A DNA stretch of 64,000 nucleotides from Utricularia gibba. Lineage: Eukaryota > Plantae > Magnoliophyta. A program made the position numbers and the translations under genes. The stretch is taken from the NCBI GenBank assembly GCA_002189035.1, contig NEEC01000002.1, positions 3,720,001 through 3,784,000 of the forward strand, written 5' to 3'. The notes beneath the pieces were generated by a model. It made no database searches. It was not told where the DNA came from and worked only from the letters and a program-made list of their open reading frames with translations. This document shows, one piece after another, positions 38,870-51,623 of the stretch. Positions within the stretch are counted from its first letter, which is position 1. Every line of letters starts with the position of its first letter.

Positions 38870-40162
38870 TGTTGGGTTTCTCGTAGACATCGTATGTCTC
38901 AAAAGCAGCGGAATTTTAAAAATTTTGAGAAACCCCCAACACAAATCTTGGAATACGGTATACATCAGATGACTCTGTTGTTCACCAACCGCCAATAGCC
39001 GACGGCCTCTATAGTATTCACACGTGGAGCACTCCGTCGATAACCTTCTGAAGGCTCTTGAATGCTAGTCGAATTTCTCAGGTGCTAGTAGAGAAAAACG
39101 CCTCCTTGTGGATCAGTCTCAGAGAGCACGAAGACCTTGGAGCAGATCTCAAGATATGAATCTTTTTGATAGATATTTTGTGACATATCAAATCATATTT
39201 ATATGAGATCCTTTATTTTGAGTTTAATCAATAGTAATCTCAAAATAATTCTCTATTTAAATTATCCACTTTACCAATTACATCTCATTTAATTGTGTTA
39301 TTCTATTTTAAATCGATGAGTGACTCCACTATTGTGTGTGACCCTATAGGCTTCCTCAATCAAGACCGTAATAATGGATTTATTAATTAACTCTTAATTA
39401 ATCAAATCCATCATTATCGATCATGAGTGATGTCTAGCAACATATCATGATCTCCAAGATTAAATAATAATTAGGTGAACTGATTGAGCCTTTCCATGAC
39501 CAGCCACCATGCAATGAACATCTTTCATCATACTTATATCTCATTCGATACTAGAACATGGGTGTTTGTCTTTCTGATGTATCGAACTTATAATTGCATT
39601 CAAGCACTAACACTCAATGACCTACTCAAACGATTCGAGTGTCATTACCCTGGGCCCAGGACTTACTGTTAGGCTTTGATGCAATTACTTGAGATATAAT
39701 CTCATCGCTAACATGAGTGATGAATCCTTTATTGATCAATCAACTATCTCTAACCTTAAGGAGTCACATCCCTACTCATCCATACTAGGCAAGCCATGGT
39801 TAGGCTCCAATTAGTAATGAGCGAAAATGTGAGCTTAAGATCAAGATAACTTTGTTGATCTCAAGTCTAAGCTTACTTGCACGGCTGTCATATTCGAGAT
39901 CTTGCTACTGACAATTGGTTAGCTTCCCATAGTAGCATCTCGAAGATAAGTCATCCAGTGAATCGATTCTCTAATCGATACCCACACATAGGTTCTAGTA
40001 ATCTCATTACATCAATTGTGAGAACCATTGCCTAAACAATTTAGGGAACTCAATGTGTGCCAGCTTATCCGTATTTGTGATATCCTCATTTCACAAATAC
40101 TTTAGCTAGGGAGATTTAACTTGATCATGAGTGCTTGAAGAATCTCACATTATGATCTCATC
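38870..40162 (-). mobile_element. Copia BARE-1/Angela-like LTR, U3 end truncated
   Basis: Left end TGTTGGGTTTCTCGTAG is the reverse complement of the family 3' terminus. Similarity stops at ...TATGATCTCATC (40162), directly fused to Athila integrase sequence. Confidence 0.88.
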
Positions 40163-41393
40163 GAAAGGAGAAGTTGCAGAGTGACAGTATGCACTACATT
40201 TGGGACGACCCATACCTATGGAAGATTGGGCCAGACCAAATCCTTCGTCGGTGCATCCCTGAAGGTGAAGCGCATTCAATTCTTACTCATTGACATGAAT
40301 TACCTTGTGGGGGTCATTTTGGTCCCAAGATCACTGCTAACAAGGTCTTGGAAGCTGGCTTGGCTTCTATTGGCCCACTCTTTTCCGAGATGCATACCTT
40401 CATTGCAAGGCATGCCCTAATTGCCAAAGAGGTGGAGGCATAGGTTTCAGAGACCAAATGCCACTTCAGCCCATCGTGATGTGCGAAATTTTCGATGCTT
40501 GGGGTATTGACTTCATGAGACCATTCCCTTCATCAAAGGGAAAGATTTATATCCTTCTTGCTGTTGATTACGTCTCCAAGTGGGTTGAAGCCATGGCATG
40601 TGAGAAAGATGATGCAAGGACTGTAAGCTATTTCTTGACTTCTCACATTTTTCCAAGGTTTGGTTATCCTAAGATTCTCATTTCCAATAGAGGTACCCAC
40701 TTTGTGAACTATGTCATAAGGGCTATGCTAACAAAATTTGGAGTTCATCATCGTCTTTCTACTGCTAGACATCCTCTGACTAATGGGCAGGCTGAAAACT
40801 CAAATCGCGAGATCAAACGCATCCTGGAACGAACAGTGAATCCGACCAGAAGAGACTGGAGTCTCCGACTGAATGATGTGTTATGGGCCTATTGCACAGC
40901 TTACAAAAATCCCATTGGAATGTCTCCCTTTCGCATGATCTATGGAAAGTCTTGCCACCTTCCAGTGGAGATTAATTATAAAGCGTATTGCGCCGTTAAA
41001 GCATGCAACATGATTTGTGATCAAGCAGGAGAAAAGAGACTACTTGATCTGAATGAATTAGAGGAAATCCGCTTGAATGCCTACTCCTACCACTTAATCT
41101 ACAAGGAGAAGGTGAAATACTTCCATGACAGTAATTTGCATGAGAAGAAATTTCGAGTTGGTCAGAAAGTTCTTTTATACAATACCACTTTGAATTTTTT
41201 TCCTGGGAAATTGAGATCTAAATGGCAAGGACCTTATGAAGTTTCACATGTTTTCCTTTATGGTGTTGTTGTTATCCGTTCTTATGAGACAGGGAAATGT
41301 TTCAAAGTGAATGGCCATAGGTTGAAACCGTATTATGAGAACTTTCCGCCGCAAACAGCATGTTGTTTGCTCTTAATCGAGGATCATCAGTAG
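40163..41393 (+). pseudogene. Integrase of element C
   Basis: YIWDDPYLW, CGGHFG, then the 311-aa ORF 40458-41393 with [45 protein letters not shown]. Confidence 0.92.
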
Positions 41394-41737
41394 CGTACCA
41401 AGTCGGCCAACGACTTTAAATTGGCGCTGCACGGGAGGCAACCCTAGGTTAATTTTCTCTTTCCTCTTTTACTTTTTGTCTGACGTCGCAGGTTCCCCAG
41501 GATTTTGTTGGGATTACACACTATCCCACACATCATTACCGAGAGACGTTAATATTTTGCTTTCCTTTCCCCCCATGATTATCCTCCTTGGGACCCTTCT
41601 CTCACCATAACTACCCATTTTCCCATTCACACCACTACTTCTATCACTTTCCCCACTTTTCCGTAAGACATTCCCCACTTCTACCAATTTCTAGTTTACC
41701 TTCTTCCTCACCTTGTGACCCATCGTAACCCACAGCC

Positions 41738-43416
41738 ATGAAGGCAACATCCTCTGCTTCATCTCTTCGAACCCCTGTTAGGAAACCCCGCACAGCTAGG
41801 CAACGCCAGGCCGTCACTGCAGGTCCATCACGGAGGAACCGACAGCGTTCTGCTTCACCCTCACCCAGACCTCACAAACACCAATCTGTGTCTGCACTAG
41901 AAACTTCATCCTGGGAGATTTCTCTACTTTTTTCACCAGTCCCTTTAGCCAAACTCCCTCCTGTTTTTTACCTTCTATGGAAAGATGAGGATTCTTCGGC
42001 AGACCAGGAAATGCCTGTTGCAACCCCGAAGAGAGAAGCCACACCAGAACCTGTTGCAGAGGAGACACCGGAGCACGACCCAGTTGCAACCCAGACTCGT
42101 ACCGATAGCTCTGACAAAGATTTCCAACTGGACGGCTTGGAGGAAGAAGAAGAAGAAACCGAAGTGGAAGAAGCATCCAGCCCACCAGCTACTGAACACA
42201 GACGCTCACCCCACGAGGAAGGGGAAGGTGAGGATGATAATATTGATTCTGAAGTAGATTTGTGGTTTGTAGAAATGCAGGGAGCCGCTAACGAAGGACC
42301 ACCACTAACGTTCCAAGACGGCGAGCAAGCCATCAACGCTGGCCAGACAAGCAGGCAGCGTAGCAAAGGACAACGAGGGCGACAAAAGGTCTGGCGGGAC
42401 CGTTTGTTGGAGTCTCCTGTTTGGAACCAACTCCAGGACACTGTCAGGTTTCCCAATAAGAATCCCAAGCCCTTTTTAACGCTTTAACGAGTCACCGTAT
42501 CTTGTTTGCTTTCCGAATGCATGCTCCAATGTTAGCTCATTTGAATTTGACATATGATATTAACCGCATGTTTGAGTTTTCACCTGAATGGTGTCATTTT
42601 TCAGAGATTGATCTTCCTATTTTTCCAAAATTGGTCTTTGAATTTTATGCTACCTGTGCTTTTGATGATGTGGAATGGAACCCTATTGGTGAACCCCTCA
42701 TTTCTTTTCGTTTGGGTGGAAAAGACTTTGAGCTTTCTGTTAATGATTTTAATGTTGCTCTTGGTTTTGTTTATGAGGATGAACTTACTTCTGCTCAATA
42801 TTTGCAAGCTTGCTGTGATTATCCCCCATCATTTGATGTTCATTGTGCTTATGGTTCCATGTCTGTGTGTGAACCACCCTTTCCTAGTTCCAAACTCAAG
42901 GCCCATCACTTGAGGGCCCCTGCGCTGTTAGTTTTTAACAGGTATCTAGGAGGATGCTATTCTGCCACTCACCAAGGCACCAGTGTGGTCTAGGTGGTAG
43001 TATTCTTCCTCTGGGCCATGATGAAGAAGATCCCGATCAACCTTGGCTGGTGGATTGCCACGCACATGAATCGTGTGGTATCGCGCAGCGAACGAGTGCT
43101 TCCATTCGCATCCCTCATCACTAACCTCGCGATGCCGCTTAACGTGGACCTCACCGCCAACACACCCAAGGTAGAGGCTCATTTTCAATACCTTGACCTA
43201 GTTGATCTCTTTCAGTGCAGCTACCACAAAGAAGCTAGAGGCCGTGCCGTTTTCGTCCAAGCCGGGATGAAGAGTAAAACCACCGTGATGCCGCACACCA
43301 TTGTAGTTCCATACGGTGACTCCTCTAAAGTTCTCCAGATAAACACACCCTCCTGCTGGCTCTTCAAGATCTGCAGCGCCAGATCACCACACTATCGTCC
43401 AAACTGGACACCCTGA
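41738..43416 (+). pseudogene. Athila extra ('env-like'/ATHILA ORF-1-type) ORF of element C
   Basis: R/S-rich then acidic N-terminus (41738-42487), then DLPIFPKLVFEFYAT...FRLGGKDFELSVNDFNVALGF and FFLWAMMKKIPINLGWWI. These are homologous in motif to the ORFs of elements A and B. Frameshifted. Confidence 0.78.
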
Positions 43417-44240
43417 TCACCTCTCTGCCGCATCATCACTAAGGTACCCTCCACCATGCTTGATGATGAGGACATCCTCAGAATTAAGTGTGGGGAGGAG
43501 CTCTCTCTATTAAACGAACTATCTTACGTTATCGTATTTGGACAACTTTTCGTATGTTTTATTTTCCATGCTTGTGTTTTTATCTTATGAGTCTACCCCA
43601 TATCATGCTTCCTAGGTTAGATGACATCTATGCTTCGGTATTCCTTACGCATGCTTCATGATTAGGGTGCTTAGACTTATCTTGCTGCTAAGAAACCTTC
43701 TAGACTTTTTCTTACTCTAAATATCTAGCTTTTATGACATGCATTAGGGTTTAGACTTGCTTCGGATCGCTCTCACATGTTTTCGTTCTATATCCATGGC
43801 CCAGTGACACCTCAAAAAAAAAAAACGAGGATGCCAAAGGTAAGAATTGTCTGGCGAAACCGTGGACAATGCGAACTTTACTTATGAACCACAAATAAGG
43901 TTTCGTAATCCAGACAACTCTTCCCAAAGCGGGGGTCCTTCTTCAAAAAAAAAAAAATTATGTTGTTTGAAAAAAAAGAGAGAAAGAGGAATAAGTCATT
44001 GTGGCCCAAACTTTTGAAATTAGAGAGCGATCCCGAACTGTCTCTTTCCCTGATTGTGTTGTTTGAGTGGCATTCTTTAAATTGATTTGAAGAGTTTGGA
44101 AGGATATAGAAGGTGATACATGCAGTTAGATAGGGATGGGTTACCTTAGTCGTGCATCATGAGTTAAGTACTATCAGAGCTATGGATTGTCTATCTGTTT
44201 TCATACTTGTGGACAAGCATGATTTAAGTGTGGGGGAATA

Positions 44241-45585
44241 TGTTAAGTGTCATTTTCTTACTATTTCTTAGGTTGTTTTTATGTCTAATAGTGATTAGAA
44301 GTGTCTAATTAGGGGTCTATAATATAAGATTTAGGTTTTTGTCTAGTTTAGGGTAATTATCCTAAATCTTGTATTTTATGTAATAATTTTACTAATTTTA
44401 ATTGAGTTTTTTTAGAGGTGCACATGTGGCAGGAAGTGAGAGAAAGAGGGTATCAGATGGCGACAAATTGGATCTTCCCGAGCTGACATTCCCTTGATTT
44501 CCGGAAGACTGCGAACGCCTAATCATGAGCCTTGACGTGCGGAGCATGAGAGTCTTTGACAGGTGGCATCATTAGCGTACCAGTGTCAGACATTGCTTGC
44601 AAGTCATCCCAAGTTCAGCAGAATCATATGAACACGAAATCTCAGACTCTCATTGAAGTTCCATTCTGCTCAGACGTTAGTAGTTAGTTAATTTAGTTTT
44701 CCCTTTTATTTCTCTCTCTAGAGGAATTTTTCTCTAGCTTCTCTCTATAACTTTGTTTTCCTTTCCTTTAGTTTGTATTGTCGTTCGCGGCTAGAAACTT
44801 CTGTTTTTGGGTTGGAACACCACCAGATCTATGTTTCGTTAGCTTATCTTCACATTTTCTCTGAATACGAACGGGTTTCGTATGTCTTCACGCGACTATG
44901 TTCTAGTCTTTCTGTAACAGTCCCCTTATTCAAGATTCATGGTTAGCTGATCACTTCCCGCGAGTTTTGGAGAGGAGCAAGGTGGAGAGCACCAACTCAC
45001 GCCCCTTTGGCAGGAGGAAGACTACGTTTTGTCTATGGCCGTACCTCATGATCAATGGACAGGTAGTGACCTCGTATCTGGATTCGTTGGGTCATTGGCA
45101 ACACTCGGGCACATGCGCGTAATTCAGCCGTGAGGGTACGCTGGCAGGACCTCTTATTCTCACGTTCGTCCAAGGAGGAGTAACATCGAGCTATTCCCAT
45201 GCCTTCTTGCAAGAGAGTGTAAGGGAGGGTAGACAATTCCTTACTCCTATAACCAAGTACTCAAGAAGACCAGAGAAGAGTAAAGACGCAACGAACATAG
45301 GTGGACATGATTCCAAACCCAGGAACATTTACCTTATTTAAGGTTCATCGCTTACGTTTATTTCAGTTGTTTATTCAAACCCCCTCTTATTCCCTTACTC
45401 AAGCTTCATCACCAACGTTTCTCGCACCTTTTACCTTCAAAACCGTTTACAAATCGTGACAGTTGTATTCGGGGTACCTCACCTTTCACTTAAAAACAAC
45501 TCCCTGTGTTTGACACCCATACTACGCTTTTGTGTTTTATGAGTTTTAAAAGTATTAAAATTTGTTGTGGAAACGACGCGCAACA
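44241..45585 (+). repeat. 3' LTR of element C (1345 bp) preceded by PPT
   Basis: AAGTGTGGGGGAATA immediately upstream (44226-44240). The uninterrupted sequence at ...CGTACCAGTGTCAGAC shows the empty Retand target site. Confidence 0.95.
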
Positions 45586-46912
45586 ACCTCCAACGGGGAC
45601 GAGGGGGTTTCTCACCCAACCTCCAACTCCAATACGAAGAACACAAACCAGGGGAGAAGAAGAAGGACTCCAACGGGGGACGAGGGGGTTCCGGCCAGGG
45701 AACAGTAGCAGACAGAAAACTGAACTCTTACTTCTTTATTTTGGTTTGTTGATGTTTTCAGTTTCTGCACGCAAATTTTTCACAATGTTCTTGACATTTT
45801 CGTTGTTTTATGTTAATGTATGAGTAGCTAGAACCCTAGGGATCTCTTAAGGTGAAGCATGGTGGTGTGGGTCTAGGATTTTTAGTAAAATTCATCATTG
45901 TTTCTTAGTTCTTATTTCTATCATTCCATGGGCAGACCTAAGGAGGGGAACAAGTAACTTCGCGACTAAGAAGCTTGGTTTAGAGGTAGACCAACAAATC
46001 AAGGCGGGCGCAGTAGGTGTTAGTCCGGAGTAGAACCAGTAGAATCGGGTAGACCTAGTTCTATACACTTTGCATACGGGTAGACCTAATTGCAATGTTG
46101 GTGATGATATTGGAGACTAGCTTAGTCGAAAATATTACAAATGACATGGGTAGACTTAGGTTATTTGAAGTTGTGAGTATAGGGACATGGTAATTTAAAA
46201 TAGACATTTTAGCACCACACCACCTGCAGACCCTTAAAGCATCTTTGTATTATTTCGAGTTAGAACTAGTACTTGTTATCTTTCACATTTAAACCTAATT
46301 TCGTTTACTGAACTTACTTGCACTGCTAGCCTGAGCTTAGACTAAGACCTACTTAAATCTCGAATCATGCATTTACTAAAACACTTAGCAAGCATAAACT
46401 CTTCGTGATCGACCCCGATAACCACTATACAAGTTTTCTAAATTTGTATTTTATGTGGATTAGGGATTATAAATTTATTTGATAACGAAATTTCTATTTT
46501 TGCAATGACACTAGGAATTTTCGTTTATCAACACTTCATTAGAGTTTTGTAGTATCAAAGAGCACATTGGTAAAAAATAAATGCAAAACGAAAGATCAAA
46601 CATCAAATCAAATATCAAAGAACATGGTAAAACGATCACATGTACAAAGATTTGCAAGAACAAGGTTTCACCAAAGATTTTTAGCTACAAGCATCTAGAT
46701 ATGAATACTCGACTCATATGAAAACTAATGAAAAATAAAAGGAAATGAACTCAAAAATTGCCAAACACGATTCTAAATTACAAAATTAACACAAAGACTC
46801 TACTCTCCCTCAACAATTTGATGCTCATGCCCTCATATAGGACTGGAGATTTTATAGGTTTTATTTATGGGCTCATATCAAATCTTTGATATGAATCTTC
46901 TAAAATAAGATC

Positions 46913-47438
46913 TGTTATGGGTGAAATCGATATCTTGTGGGAGGCCGATTTCAGGTGATAGGCACGGTCGGGAATGCCACGCTTAGTCACGTTCTTCACA
47001 GTTGGTGCGATTAAAATAAGAGTGGGCAAGGATTTTTTACGTGGAAACCGCCGGAAAACGAAAAACCACGAGCTGCCGGAGCTCGCCGGAGAAGAGTTTC
47101 ACTAGATGGAGGTCACGAAAAGAAGAATACAACTTGAAGAAATCTTTTGAGTCCAACCCCCCTTTCATCATAATTCCTCCTATTTATAGGAGAGCTCACT
47201 CTGACCGAATTCTGGTGTCTGCAAATATCGGTTACTTTTTGCTCCTGCTATATGATCTCACTTTTCAGATACCGGCCGCCTGTTATGCCATAATTCGGCC
47301 GCTTTTTAGACTATATCATATGGTCATACCTGTCAGATTTCTGACAGACATCGATCTGTCGTCTAGCGTTATCCCATCGGGATCTCTTTTGGCAGCTTTT
47401 TAGGAATTAATTATATCCGACCGGTTTATCCCCTATCA
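46913..47438 (-). mobile_element. Retand-related solo LTR, TSD AGATC
   Basis: TGTTATGGG...CCCCTATCA, 526 bp. AGATC lies at 46908-46912 and 47439-47443. It shares ACGTGGAAACCGCCGGAAA, GGAGCTCGCCGG and GGCCGCCTGTTATGCC with the 36191-36701 LTR. Confidence 0.9.
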
Positions 47439-49302
47439 AGATCCAAATCTTGTATTTTATCATATTCGATGATCTTTGATTAAGTCTCATTTAAGTATCT
47501 TAAATCTTTGTCTTCACCAAGAGTATTATAATTTTCTTTAATTTAGGTCAAAATTATCATGAAAAATTATAAAACTCATTTTTTCTCCAAAATGATTAAA
47601 TAATACAAAAGATATAAAATTCACTTAAGAACATAAAAAAAGTGAAATAAACAAATGTGAAATTACCTAAAAGAATTTTGAAAACCAAAATGCTTCTCAC
47701 TTCACAAAACACACTATTAATTAGCTGTAAATAGATTATATACATATGAGCTTTTGACTATCTTCTTGATAATTATAAATTAGGTCTTCTATTCTGTTAT
47801 CATCTCAAATCCTTCTAAACTTTCTTATGTCGTGATTCTTTATATACGCCACTTGAATGGATCACAATTGTTTTAAAAAATCATAATCACAAACCTAAAT
47901 GTATATAATGTATCTAATAAAAAGAAATACTCAAAAAAAGTGAAATTGCTAACCCACTTACCACACAAATGTTTCTAAAGGTCATATACCTGAATTGGTC
48001 AGAAAAAATATTTCAATAAAAGAAATAAAAACATGGTGACAGACCTAAAATACATATATTATATATATAAAAAACAAGTCAAAATAAAATAATGAGATTA
48101 TAGTAAAATTTCTACTATGGAATCCACAAATTCAAGACTACAATGTGAATAAAAACTTTGGAATTGCCACAAAATGCATAGATATGATTCAAAAAAGAAA
48201 ATAATGAAATTACTAAACTAGTTCTATAGTATCATTCTATATAATGTGCTATATACATTTTTTTTGTATCTGGTTCAAATTCCACCAAAAAACTAAACAC
48301 TTTGGGGATTCGATGTATAAAGCGAAAGTCCAAAGAACAACCAACTTAAATCGAATAATGAATGCAAACACCACACACATCACTATAAGAGAAATATATG
48401 AAAATTTCTAATCGTATAGATTTAACACTCTACATCTATTGAGCATTTTTTTAGGAACATAAAGCCAGCTAGAGAGGAGTGGGTGGAGAAATCTATGAAT
48501 CATTTCAAAGTGAACAAAACACTCATTTATTGAATTGTTTTTAAATTGCTTAGTATTTTTAAGACATCATTGTCCTATTTAGAAAATTTTGAATCTCACA
48601 TGATGTAAGGGTAATGTTGTCTTATCCAAGCTGCGTTACCAAAATACATATTTAAAAAATATGTATTGGTAAAATACCTAATTAATATAAAAGTTAGTAA
48701 AATACATGTATTCAATATTGGTCGGTATTGTAGTGAAGACACGAGCAGAGAGAGAGGAGTGGGCGAGGGGTGAATGTAAGGTAAAAAAGTTGTGATAAAA
48801 AACAACGGAGGATTTAATAAATACTCAACCAATTTAGTAGAATGTAAGGTAACTTGATGTGGTTTAAAAGAATTATGATTTATTTTGGGTAACAATTTTC
48901 ATACTATCTTTTACATATAAAAATTAATGTGCAAAGTATTTTTAATATGATTTTTATTAAATAGATAAAATATTTCAGTAGTTATATTCATATTAATGAA
49001 AATATACATGGCATTTCTTATTAAAAATTAATATTTTTATTATATTATTAATGTTTAATATTGATAATTCATATATTAATAATGTGTAATATGCTTTTTA
49101 AAGTTATAATATTTTTTTATTATTCGGATTTGACTGGTCAATTACGAGTTTTGACTAGACCGGCTCCATTCCAATCTGGTTTGAAATACCGATTTCAAAT
49201 GGGAAAGATGATCTACGGGTGAAAATACATGGAGTACAGTCTATAATTGTGTTGGATTGACGGGCGAAAATGCAGCGAGTATAGATTGTGATTGAGTTGG
49301 AC

Positions 49303-50043
49303 GAGTTTTTTAGTAATATAGTCTGTTTTTTAAATTTTATTAGTGAAATAACCCTCTTTCATAATTATTGTCAAACTAGCCCTCTTTTGTAAAATTATTT
49401 GTTAAATAGTCCTCTTTTTTATTAAATACTCTAAATTAATATATTTGATATAATAAAAATAATTAATTGTATTCATGCAAGTATATATAAAAATTTAACA
49501 ATCCAAACAATTGTAATATTAATGCAATTAACTATAATTGCAAATATATAAAAATTAACAATGATACAACGTTATGGATAATAATCCATGCATGTATCTA
49601 TAATCGGATATATTTGCATTAAGAATTATTAATGCAATTTTACATAATCCATGCAATTATAGTTATAATAGGTCACTGTTATCAATGCCTTTAATTATAT
49701 TAAAAATGTATTATAATTTTCTTTGTTAAATTTATACTTTTAATAAAAGTTATACTTTAAAATATGATTTTTATCAATTAAAAATAATTATATTTATAAA
49801 CTACTCTGTTTATGTATTAAATTAAATAAATAATGACTAAAATAATTATTTTAATTAAAACATAACTATTCCACAAATAATTACTAAATGAGGCTATTTT
49901 GCTAAGAATTATGTTGCAGAGGGCTAGATGGGAACTCCATTGACAATCATGTAAAAACCGTACATGTATTTTACAAAGCCTTTAAAAATCATGGGTATTT
50001 TGACAATCATTTTTTTTAAATCGTATATTTTACTAATTTTCTC
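49303..50043. mobile_element. Possible MULE-like non-autonomous element with decayed long TIRs
   Basis: The left end and the reverse complement of the right end share GAG....TAGTAA.AT, AAATA.CC, CTAGCCCTCT and AATAG(T)CCTC. The interior is very AT-rich. No TSD was found. Confidence 0.35.
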
Positions 50044-50209
50044 GTGTTATGTGTAGGTTACTTTGCCACTCTTGGACCATCTCGTTCTCTTTCACGGCGC
50101 CGTCTCTTATTCTCCTGCCCTTATGCTCTTTTCGATCTTCCGTCGACTGTCGTAGTATCCCCTGAATTTGCTGGAAAGAGAAAAGGAGATAATGCATTAA
50201 AAAGGGAAA

Positions 50210-51200
50210 ATGGGTTTGAGTAGGGGAATCCCGTGCGAAACCAACGAAGAAATCGCACTCGCACTCTCTGGGTAAGTAGGCTGTGCCTATCGACCCGATA
50301 GCTGAGTTTTTGGAATTTATGCAGGCATTTGATTGTTTCTTAGATGCGGGGCATTCTATCTTTTTGCTGATTCTGTTTTTGATTTGTGTATTTCGAATTG
50401 AGATGTGTGATTGGGTTCCGGCGAATGTTCGCCCCAACTGCTACCGCACGTAATTAATTTGCAGTGTGGAGGCAAATTCGTCACTACCCTGTAAAAATTT
50501 GATGTGTTTCTTTTCTTGCCTTTGCGTATGTTGGTGTTATTTTGAATCTCTGCGGCGTATTACACACTTTTTTTCCATGTATCCGGGCACAAAAGGGTTG
50601 ATCTTCAGGAGTAGAGGCGAGTTCTGCACACGAACGTGGCTTAGCAACAACTGGAATGACTTCCTTTTGCTTCACAAAATTGATTGTTTTCATCAACTGA
50701 AACAAAAGACGCAGCCGTCTGAGAAAGCGCGTCAAAGAAATGTTTGGAAGAACTAGGAAATCGACTCTAGGCTCCCTGGAACCACTAGAGATGGAAAGGG
50801 CTCCCCCGAAGATCATCAAGAGTGACTCGCTCTCCCTTTATGGTAGTTGTACTTCCTTCTTATTCCCTTGAAATCTGCCGTAAATTTAGGTGGAAACTAG
50901 AAAAACGTGAGAATGAATGTGAAGGAAGGAAGTTCCTTGTTTGGTATCCTGGAGACATTGTGCTTCATTGAGTTAATCTCATGGCTTCTGCTTGCAGAAT
51001 CCACGCTTTTGAAACTTCGACGTGGCGCGCAAAATATGAAGTGCAATCCTGATGATGACTCACGAATGAACACAGATTCTTTAGATGCATCAGGCAAGGC
51101 CTGCCCAAATGATGCTGCTGATACCTCGACTGGTTGGAAGGAGGGTGGGAGCAAGGGCATGTGCATCCTTCGCTACTTCAGCTCTCAACCCAAAAGCTGA
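50210..51200 (+). other. Possible orphan spliced transcription unit of unknown product
   Basis: GC-richer blocks bounded by good splice signals: G|GTAAGT at 50272; AG acceptors before 50465, 50609 and 50998; a donor at 50843. No recognisable protein motif. Confidence 0.3.
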
Positions 51201-51623
51201 GGCCATGCATTACATGTTGTCTCTCATGAATGTTGGATTTCATCATAATTTTCATTAAAAAGTGCGCATTGTATGCACTTACTAATCATGGGCAGCATTA
51301 AAAAGGGTATGTAATAATGAGCGGGCATTAACATCGTCACTGGTCCATATACTTACTAATCATGTCATTACTCATCTGATCGCGAGTAAATTAGATATTT
51401 TTATTTCTTGCATGTGCAAGTTGCTCGCTTATTAAAATAAATATATATTTACGTCGATAATTTTTGTCCTTTTTCCCCCACAGCCTTTTTCCATCACCAA
51501 TATTATCTTCGCTTCCTCCTCTCCTTTTTGTGAAAACCATGAAATTGCTCTCCCCCCATCGGAAAGCCTGTTGTTTTGCTTGACCTTCTCTCCATTCCGC
51601 CTCTTGCCGGGGAAATATCCGCC

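Larger units (their letters stand above)
26482..45585 (+). mobile_element. Athila-type element C with both LTRs and TSD ACCTC; 5' LTR split by Retand; PR-RT-RH deleted
   Basis: 5' LTR is 26482-26826 plus 36707-37704; 3' LTR is 44241-45585 (TGTTAA...CGCAACA). ACCTC lies at 26477-26481 and 45586-45590. PBS and PPT are present. Confidence 0.95.
26156..46530 (+). mobile_element. Solo LTR B (~1.27 kb own sequence: 26156-26481 plus 45591-46530), TSD ACACT, split by Athila element C
   Basis: Starts TGATAACACAC and ends TTTCGTTTATCA. ACACT lies at 26151-26155 and 46531-46535. Confidence 0.88.
25671..47720 (-). mobile_element. Old family-S LTR in reverse orientation, split by nested insertions (own sequence 25671-26155, 46536-46912, 47444 to ~47720)
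   Basis: The reverse complements of the three pieces join into a colinear match to 17609-18783 and 19139-20262 (e.g. GGAAAAACATGGGTTATCACA; GAAGGGTTCAATCGGATATT; GATTTGATATGAGCCCAT). The right end is decayed and no TSD was confirmed. Confidence 0.7.

Noticed and set aside
47041-47403. 120-aa ORF, and the similar ORF at 27153-27692
   Set aside because: These lie within or overlap Retand LTR and leader sequence; the GC-rich LTR gives chance open frames with no motif.
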